Below are positions 7,602 to 13,016 of a stretch of 64,000 nt of DNA, one piece after another. Every line of letters begins with the position of its first letter. Position 1 is the stretch's first letter. The notes below the pieces were generated by a model. It was not told the DNA's origin, made no database searches, and saw nothing but the letters and a program-made list of their open reading frames with translations. Made by a program: the position numbers and the translations under genes. The stretch covers positions 442 through 64,441 of the forward strand of contig JAAWDS010000040.1 in assembly GCA_022793895.1 (NCBI GenBank). Direction: 5' to 3'. This stretch comes from Provencibacterium sp. Its GTDB lineage: Bacteria > Bacillota > Clostridia > Oscillospirales > Ruminococcaceae.

Positions 7602-8731
7602 GGCGGTGCTCCTCCCCGGTTAAAGTCTAGCAGCTTATTCCGGTAATATTCATATTGCTTTCGCCGCGCTTCGATCTCGGCGGGCAGGCCGCTGGTTGGG
7701 TCGCCAACAAGAGCGTCGAAGCGGTCGAGAATCGAAACAATGCGGGCCTGTTCTTCTTCGGATGGAAAAGGTAATGTTATCCGTTTTATCTCTCCCCCCG
7801 TGATAAGCGGCTGTACGCCGCCTTTGGCATAACGGCGAAGATCGATATTGACAAGCTGATAATAGATATATTTCAAGTTGTACCGGTCCTTTAGATCGAT
7901 AATCAGCGTGTTATCGGATACGTCATATTCCCCTTCTGCAATGTAAACATATCCGGCAGAACCAACGCGGGCGACTAAGATGTTTTTCTTTTTATAGACA
8001 GCTTTATTGGTCCTGGCAATCATACCGGTTGAGCCGTACACCGGATACATTCCTATTTTGTCTTTTGTTTTCGCCCTTCCGGAAGAGATCGAACGGCTAA
8101 TTTCTCCCAATGTCCGCCAGCTGATTTCTGCATGCCGCTCTTTTATAGATGCAGATGGAAGATTATTGTCCAAACACAAGAGGAACTGCCGGTAATAGTC
8201 ATATTGTTTTCTTCTCATGGCGAGCTCTGCGGCAAGTTTCTCAGTAAGCTCCGAAAAATGATCCAGTATGCGGACGATTTCCGTTTGTATGGGGAGAGGG
8301 GGGATGGGAACCTCGATACTACGCATATCCTGCTGGTTCATTTTGGGCGGCGTTCCGTGAACCAGGCCCCCAATATTTGTTGTCTGTAGATAGTAATAAA
8401 GAAAACGCAGTAAGACTCCTTCTTTTTCACTGAGGATATGAGCGTGATTGTTTACCCATATTTTCCCCACCGCCCATGTAAGAATAGGGCTTTTATCTTT
8501 ATGGATGACGCTTCCATCTTCCCCCATTAAAAGAAAAGTACCGTCAAAAATATAGTCGTTTACATAATCCTGAATTCCGTTTGCCCCGTAATATGGATAT
8601 TTGCCTGTGGTACGGTTTTTCTTCGTAACGGGCTTTCGCCGGCTGTCAAGGATATGGCAGACCTCGCCGAGCGGCCTATACGCCACCCCCTCCGGGCAAA
8701 GCTCCTCTAGCAACTGTTCCAGCCTATTCAT
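7517..8731 (-). CDS. hsdS: Type I restriction-modification specificity subunit HsdS (3' end reads through into the neighbouring gene)
   Basis: MNRLEQLLEELCPEGVAYRPLGEV..., central IEVPIPPLPIQTEIVRILDHF, distal LPFPSEEEQARIVSILDRFDAL...SGLPAEIEARRKQYEYYRNKLLDF. The ORF then continues 30 codons into the HTH gene, overlapping it at 7517-7601. Confidence 0.88.
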   Translation of the reverse strand: MNRLEQLLEELCPEGVAYRPLGEVCHILDSRRKPVTKKNRTTGKYPYYGANGIQDYVNDYIFDGTFLLMGEDGSVIHKDKSPILTWAVGKIWVNNHAHILSEKEGVLLRFLYYYLQTTNIGGLVHGTPPKMNQQDMRSIEVPIPPLPIQTEIVRILDHFSELTEKLAAELAMRRKQYDYYRQFLLCLDNNLPSASIKERHAEISWRTLGEISRSISSGRAKTKDKIGMYPVYGSTGMIARTNKAVYKKKNILVARVGSAGYVYIAEGEYDVSDNTLIIDLKDRYNLKYIYYQLVNIDLRRYAKGGVQPLITGGEIKRITLPFPSEEEQARIVSILDRFDALVGDPTSGLPAEIEARRKQYEYYRNKLLDFNRGGAPPWTTLKSDRRSASCEKRSISPSSSLQRR

Positions 8732-8745
8732 CTTCCGCTCTCCCA
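8683..8745. repeat. 63-bp perfect inverted repeat, right copy
   Basis: Reverse complement identical to 3253-3315. Confidence 0.95.
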
Positions 8746-8780
8746 TAATTCTGAATCTCTTCCTTTCCGCCCTCCCTCTC

Positions 8781-8809
8781 ATTATAGGCGAAAAGCCTCC
8801 TGATTACAA
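8781..8809 (-). promoter_or_regulatory. Candidate sigma-A promoter of hsdS2
   Basis: The minus strand reads TTGTAA, 17 nt, TATAAT, about 45 nt upstream of the start. Confidence 0.55.
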
Positions 8810-8862
8810 TCCACGTTCCGTAGAGTGGAACAAACAGGGACTGCTTCCCGCGCTTTCGGATG

Positions 8863-8975
8863 TGTGGTATAATAGCCGCAGGCGGCTATTATACGTTGAT
8901 TTATTTGGCCGCCCTACGGGCATGGCCAATTATACCATAATCGCTTCGCATTTATGGTATAATAGCCGCATAGCG
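8863..8975. repeat. Hairpin-rich intergenic repeat, copy B (inverted relative to copy A)
   Basis: Hairpin 8867-8894, then the 30-nt core 8899-8928 (reverse complement of 1631-1660), then a 12-bp-stem hairpin attataccataa...ttatggtataat and another tggtataatagccgc unit at 8955-8970. Confidence 0.85.
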
Positions 8976-9077
8976 ATGGAAGCAGGCAGCGCCCGGCTTT
9001 CTCCCTAAAAGCTCCGAATGCAGGGCGCAGAGGAAAACAGAAAGCGGTAAACAAGTATTTGAAAGCGAGGGGAAAAC

Positions 9078-9671
9078 ATGATTTCTGCAATTTACGATAG
9101 GCGAAGCATCCGAAAGTTCTTGAATACGCCTCTGCCAAAGGAAGAGCTGATAGAGATTCTCCAAAGCGGTGTCAAGGCCCCTTCTTCTAAGAACCGGCAG
9201 CCGTGGAAATTCGTCGTCGTGCAGGGCGGGGAAAAGGAAGAAATGCTGAGGGCCTTCCGCCGCGGGATTGCACGGGAGGAAAATGAGGATGCCCTGTTAT
9301 CCCAGAGCAGGCCCTATATTGCCGCGGCAAAATATACGATAGATATCATGGAAGAAGCGCCGGTTATCGTGTTTGTGGTGAACACGTTAGGGAAAAGTAT
9401 TCTGGAAACGTTAACGCCGGAAGAACGCGTCTCTGAAATCTGCAACGTTCAATCGGTCAGCGCCGCGATACAAAATATGCTTCTTGCCGCTACGGAAAAG
9501 GGGATCGGCAGCCTGTGGATCTGTGATATTTATTTTGCATATGCGGAATTGTGCGATTGGCTGAGGGAGGAAGGGCAGCTCGTTGCAGCGGTTGCGTTTG
9601 GCTATCCGAACGAATCCCCTGAAGCAAGGCCGCGGAAAAAGTGGGAAGACGTCGTGGTTTGGCGGAGCTGA
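9078..9671 (+). CDS. Nitroreductase family protein
   Basis: MISAIYDRRSIRKF...GVKAPSSKNRQPWKFVVV...; 197 aa, typical NADH/FMN nitroreductase fold signature. Confidence 0.85.
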   Translation: MISAIYDRRSIRKFLNTPLPKEELIEILQSGVKAPSSKNRQPWKFVVVQGGEKEEMLRAFRRGIAREENEDALLSQSRPYIAAAKYTIDIMEEAPVIVFVVNTLGKSILETLTPEERVSEICNVQSVSAAIQNMLLAATEKGIGSLWICDIYFAYAELCDWLREEGQLVAAVAFGYPNESPEARPRKKWEDVVVWRS

Positions 9672-9692
9672 TTCCTCCGCTTTGCCTGGGAG

Positions 9693-9782
9693 CAAAGGGC
9701 GTGCCCGCAAAACTGTCGTTTTGCGGGCACGCCCTTTGGAAAAACGGTTTTCAGGGCGAAGAAACCGCCCTGAAAACCGTTT
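9693..9782. terminator. Two consecutive long perfect hairpins between convergent genes
   Basis: 9693-9738 has a stem of about 21 bp (caaagggcgtgcccgcaaaac/gttttgcgggcacgccctttg). 9742-9782 has a 17 bp stem (aaacggttttcagggcg/cgccctgaaaaccgttt). Confidence 0.7.
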
Positions 9783-9788
9783 ATCTGA

Positions 9789-9838
9789 TTTCTGCAAGCC
9801 GGAGGATCGGCCGGGGTTTCTTTTCTATTTTACAACAG
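9789..9838 (+). repeat. Dispersed intergenic repeat, copy 1 (19-nt exact core tttctgcaagccggaggat)
   Basis: The core is identical at 24187-24205 and 58378-58396. Copies 1 and 2 also share ggtttcttttctatttt(a/g)caacag. Confidence 0.9.
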
Positions 9839-10636
9839 CCCCTTTGCAAATTCGCCGGTCAGATTAAAGCTGTGCTGCACCGGTCCTTGGCCGCGCCCCA
9901 AATCCAGCATGGCGGCCAGAGCGCCGGAAAGATAGTCCTTTGCGCGCTGAATCGCCATGGGCAGCTCAAAGCCCTTTGCCAGATTGGCCGCAATGGCGCT
10001 GGAGAGGGTGCAGCCGGCGCCGTGGGTGTTCGGGTTGGCGATACGCTTTCCCAAAAACCACCGGCCCCTCCCGTTCTGGTATAGGAAATCATCGGCATCG
10101 TTAAGGTTGTGCCCGCCTTTGAGCAGAACGGCGCAGCCGTAAGCGCTGCCGATGCGCCCGGCGGCCCTTTCCATATCCTCCTTTGTGTGGATAGCCATTC
10201 CGGCCAGGATCTCCGCCTCCGGAATGTTGGGCGTGGCGACGGCGGCCAGCGGAAGCAGGCGGCTTTTCAGGGCGTCCACCGCCTCCGGGGAGATGAGGCG
10301 GCCGCCGCTGGTGGCCACCATGACCGGGTCGGCAACGATGTTCTTCGCCGCATAAAAGCAAAGCCTGTCCGCGATGGTTTCAATCAGTCCGCAGGAGGAG
10401 ACCATACCGATCTTCACCGCGTCGGGCGGGATATCCTCGAACACCGCGTCGATCTGTTGGCCGAGGAATTGGGGGGACGCCTCGACAATTTCTTTCACGC
10501 CGGTGGTATTCTGCGCCACCAGCGCCGTGATCGCGCTCATGGCGTAGACGCCGTTCATCGTCATCGTTTTCAGATCTGCCTGGATCCCGGCCCCTCCGCT
10601 GGGATCGGTCCCGGCAATGGATAATGCGGTTTTCAT
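9830..10636 (-). CDS. thiD: Bifunctional hydroxymethylpyrimidine/phosphomethylpyrimidine kinase ThiD
   Basis: MKTALSIAGTDPSGGAGIQADLKT...TPNIPEAE...LLKGGH...HGAGCTLSSAIAA are canonical ThiD motifs. Confidence 0.93.
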   Translation of the reverse strand: MKTALSIAGTDPSGGAGIQADLKTMTMNGVYAMSAITALVAQNTTGVKEIVEASPQFLGQQIDAVFEDIPPDAVKIGMVSSCGLIETIADRLCFYAAKNIVADPVMVATSGGRLISPEAVDALKSRLLPLAAVATPNIPEAEILAGMAIHTKEDMERAAGRIGSAYGCAVLLKGGHNLNDADDFLYQNGRGRWFLGKRIANPNTHGAGCTLSSAIAANLAKGFELPMAIQRAKDYLSGALAAMLDLGRGQGPVQHSFNLTGEFAKGLL

Positions 10637-11301
10637 CGTTCAGCCTCCTGTTCTGCCGCCGCTTTCCGGCGGAGCTGGGAAAGGTCCTCCAGGTAGAGAT
10701 CCGCCAGCCGCCGGAGCCCCTCCTGATCTTTTTCATAAGGATCATACACCGCCGCCACAGGGAATCCGGCCTTTTTGGCCGTTTGAACGGCATAAAACGC
10801 ATCGTCCAATACGAGGGTTTCCTCTTTTTTTGTCCCCAAAAAGCGGAGCGCCTCCTCGAAAATATGAGGCTCGTCCTTACCGTGGCCTACCTCGGTGCAG
10901 GTGAAGATGCTGGAAAAATAGGGAAGTATCCCCAGCCGGGACAGGGCGGCCTCCACGAGATGCCGGTCGGTAGCGGTGGCGATGCACAGCCGAACCCCCT
11001 CCGCTTGGAGTCCTGCCGCCAGCTCGGCCGCTCCGGGCTTCAAGAGGACCTCATAGCGGTAATACCGTTCCAGTAGGGCGTTCACGCCGTCCATGATCGC
11101 GCCGGTAGTCAGCGTTACATCATAGTGGCTTTGATAATAGCACGCCGCTTGGTAGAGGCTCATCGATTTGAACGCCTCGTTTAGATTTTCTTTCGGCTCG
11201 TAACCGATGGATCGAAGATAGCTCTCTCCAATGGTATCCCAGATGAACATAGAGTCCAGCAAGGTGCCGTCCACGTCAAAAATGGCTCCGCGAATCCTCA
11301 C
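10633..11301 (-). CDS. HAD-superfamily hydrolase embedded in the thi operon
   Basis: Motif I FDVDGTLLDS and later HAD motifs (CIATAT, KDEP, LVLDDA). Overlaps thiD and thiE by 4 nt each. Confidence 0.8.
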   Translation of the reverse strand: MRIRGAIFDVDGTLLDSMFIWDTIGESYLRSIGYEPKENLNEAFKSMSLYQAACYYQSHYDVTLTTGAIMDGVNALLERYYRYEVLLKPGAAELAAGLQAEGVRLCIATATDRHLVEAALSRLGILPYFSSIFTCTEVGHGKDEPHIFEEALRFLGTKKEETLVLDDAFYAVQTAKKAGFPVAAVYDPYEKDQEGLRRLADLYLEDLSQLRRKAAAEQEAER

Positions 11302-11939
11302 CGGCCCACCATCCTTTCCGATAGGGCCCGCAGCTCCCGGCAGGCCGCTTCAATGCCGTCCGCGGAGAAGATGGCGGACACCAGCGCCACGCCGTCCACC
11401 CCGCTGCCGGCCAGCTCGTGCAGGTTCTCCCGGCAAATGCCGCCGATAGCCACCAACGGCAGCTCCACCGCTTGACGGATGGCCCGAAGGGTTTCGAAGG
11501 ACATCCGGGCCGCATCGGGCTTGGTAGCGGTGGGGAACACCGATCCTAAGCCCAGATAGTCGGCCCCGTTTCGAACAGCCTTTAGGGCCTCCTCGACCGT
11601 GTGGACGGAAACCCCCAGAATCATCTTGTCCCCGATCCGGCGGCGGACCTCTTCTGCCTCCCCGTCCTCCTGTCCGATATGAACGCCGTCCGCGCCGCAG
11701 GCGGCCGCCGCCTCCACGTTGTCGTTGACGATGAAGGGGACGCCATAGCGCCTGCACAGACAGCCGATTTCCTTGGCTTCCCGGAGAAAGGCTTCTTCCT
11801 CCATCTCTTTCTCCCGCAGTTGTAGGCAGGTCACGCCGCCCCTCAGAGCGGCCTCCACCTGCTCGCAGAGGGTTTGTTTTCCCGTCCAGGCCCGGTCCGT
11901 TACTGCATAGAGCAGCATCCGCCTTTTAGAGCACCTCAT
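11298..11939 (-). CDS. thiE: Thiamine-phosphate synthase ThiE
   Basis: LLYAVTD...LQLREK...FIVNDNVEAA...GADGVHIGQED...GVSVH...ADYLGLGSVFPT are ThiE signatures. Confidence 0.92.
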   Translation of the reverse strand: MRCSKRRMLLYAVTDRAWTGKQTLCEQVEAALRGGVTCLQLREKEMEEEAFLREAKEIGCLCRRYGVPFIVNDNVEAAAACGADGVHIGQEDGEAEEVRRRIGDKMILGVSVHTVEEALKAVRNGADYLGLGSVFPTATKPDAARMSFETLRAIRQAVELPLVAIGGICRENLHELAGSGVDGVALVSAIFSADGIEAACRELRALSERMVGR

Positions 11940-12747
11940 AGTTGGCCCCCTTCTCCAGCCCGTCCGGCGTTAGATGGTACAGGGTGTCGATGATGTAGCT
12001 GCGAAAGGAGGCGTTGCCGTCCTGCCCAGTAAGGCGCCGGCAGGCCGTTTCTCCGCACAGCCCCATTGCGCAGACGGCCGCCGCCGCAGCCTTTAGCGGC
12101 TGGCCGGGATTGGCCGCCAGGAAAGCCGCCGTCAAGGATGAAAGCTGGCAGCCGGTTCCGGTGACGGCGCTCATCATGGGGATCCCGTTCCGGATGCAGA
12201 GGGCCCTCTCTCCATCCGTCACGATGTCGATGGGCCCGGTGACGGCCGCTATCACCCGATGCCGCCGGGAAAAGTCCTTGACCAAGGCCGCCGCATGGGC
12301 GAGATTCTCCTCGGTTATCCGATCCGCCTCTCCGGCGTCCACTCCCTTGGCCGTTGTGCTGCCATAGGCGAGCGTTTTCAGCTCTGAAAGGTTGCACCGA
12401 ACGGCTGTGAACGGTACCTCCCGCAGAAGCCGGAGGGCCGTTTCGGTGCGCAGCCGGGAGGCCCCTGCCCCCACCGGGTCCAGCACCGCGGGACGGCCCA
12501 GCTCGCCCGCCCGCTTTCCGGCGGCCAGCATGGCGGGAACGGTGCTGTGGTTCAGAGTGCCAAGGTTGATGCACAGCCCTGCGCAGAGGGCGGTAATCTC
12601 TGCGGCCTCCTCCGGATCGTCCGCCATGATAGGGGAGGCCCCGCAGGCTAAGAGCAGGTTGGCGCAGTCGTTCGCCGTGACATAGTTGGTGATGTTGTGG
12701 ATGAGGGGCCGCTGTTGCCGCACCGCTTCCAACATTTCTTTAAACAA
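11926..12747 (-). CDS. thiM: Hydroxyethylthiazole kinase ThiM
   Basis: RPLIHNITNYVTANDCANLLLACGASPIMA...VLDPVGAGAS...VTGTGCQLSSLTAAF. TTG start at 12747 after AAAGGAG; an ATG 4 codons downstream is an alternative. Confidence 0.9.
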   Translation of the reverse strand: MFKEMLEAVRQQRPLIHNITNYVTANDCANLLLACGASPIMADDPEEAAEITALCAGLCINLGTLNHSTVPAMLAAGKRAGELGRPAVLDPVGAGASRLRTETALRLLREVPFTAVRCNLSELKTLAYGSTTAKGVDAGEADRITEENLAHAAALVKDFSRRHRVIAAVTGPIDIVTDGERALCIRNGIPMMSAVTGTGCQLSSLTAAFLAANPGQPLKAAAAAVCAMGLCGETACRRLTGQDGNASFRSYIIDTLYHLTPDGLEKGANYEVL

Positions 12748-12773
12748 TGGTGGGAAACTCCTTTCGGGTACAA

Positions 12774-12808
12774 TAAAAAACAGGGGGCGTCTAAAACGAT
12801 GCCCCCCG
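12774..12808 (-). terminator. Expression-platform terminator of the TPP riboswitch
   Basis: The minus strand reads cggggggcatcgttttagacgccccctg followed by tttttt. Confidence 0.8.
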
Positions 12809-12819
12809 AAAAAGTACAG

Positions 12820-12912
12820 GTTCCCACGACTTCCTCCGGCGGCATTATCCGCATCAGGTTTAAGGGTCGAAGGTTTACCTTCCTCTCAGCCTGTCGCACA
12901 AGCTCCCCTGCT
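12820..12912 (-). promoter_or_regulatory. TPP (THI-box) riboswitch
   Basis: The minus strand reads gcaggggagc...ggctgagag...acccttaaacctgatgcggataatgccgccggaggaag. This matches the conserved CUGAGA, ACCCUU-GAACCUGAU and UAAUGC-GGGAA blocks of the TPP aptamer, directly upstream of thiM. Confidence 0.92.
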
Positions 12913-12929
12913 CTTTTTTTGTTTTTTAC

Positions 12930-12958
12930 ATTGTAATCGGAATTTCCGCTCTTGTCAA
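12930..12958 (-). promoter_or_regulatory. Candidate sigma-A promoter of the thi operon
   Basis: The minus strand reads TTGACA, 17 nt, TACAAT, just upstream of the riboswitch. Confidence 0.7.
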
Positions 12959-13016
12959 TCCTATTTTGGATTCCGGCGGGAGACGCCGCGGCTGCGGCGT
13001 TCCCGGAGCGGATGGT

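Noticed and set aside
1812-9000. tRNA-Gln as an integrase-mediated island attachment site with a duplicated tRNA 3' end.
   Set aside because: I found no second copy of the tRNA 3' segment (ggtccgaatcctgccagccca) near the distal boundary, and no integrase gene. Only the unrelated hairpin repeats bracket the block.
9693-9838. A possible CRISPR-like or tandem repeat array formed by clustered hairpins and repeats.
   Set aside because: The hairpins are unrelated in sequence, there is no regular repeat-spacer periodicity, and there are no cas genes in the window.
9583-9867. Small ORFs translating the 19-nt repeat as FCKPEDR in the same frame at all three copies (9583..9867, 24182..24370, 58349..58558).
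   Set aside because: There is no RBS or conserved start, the flanking residues are unrelated, and copy 1 overlaps the thiD 3' end on the other strand. The shared peptide simply reflects the identical nucleotides.
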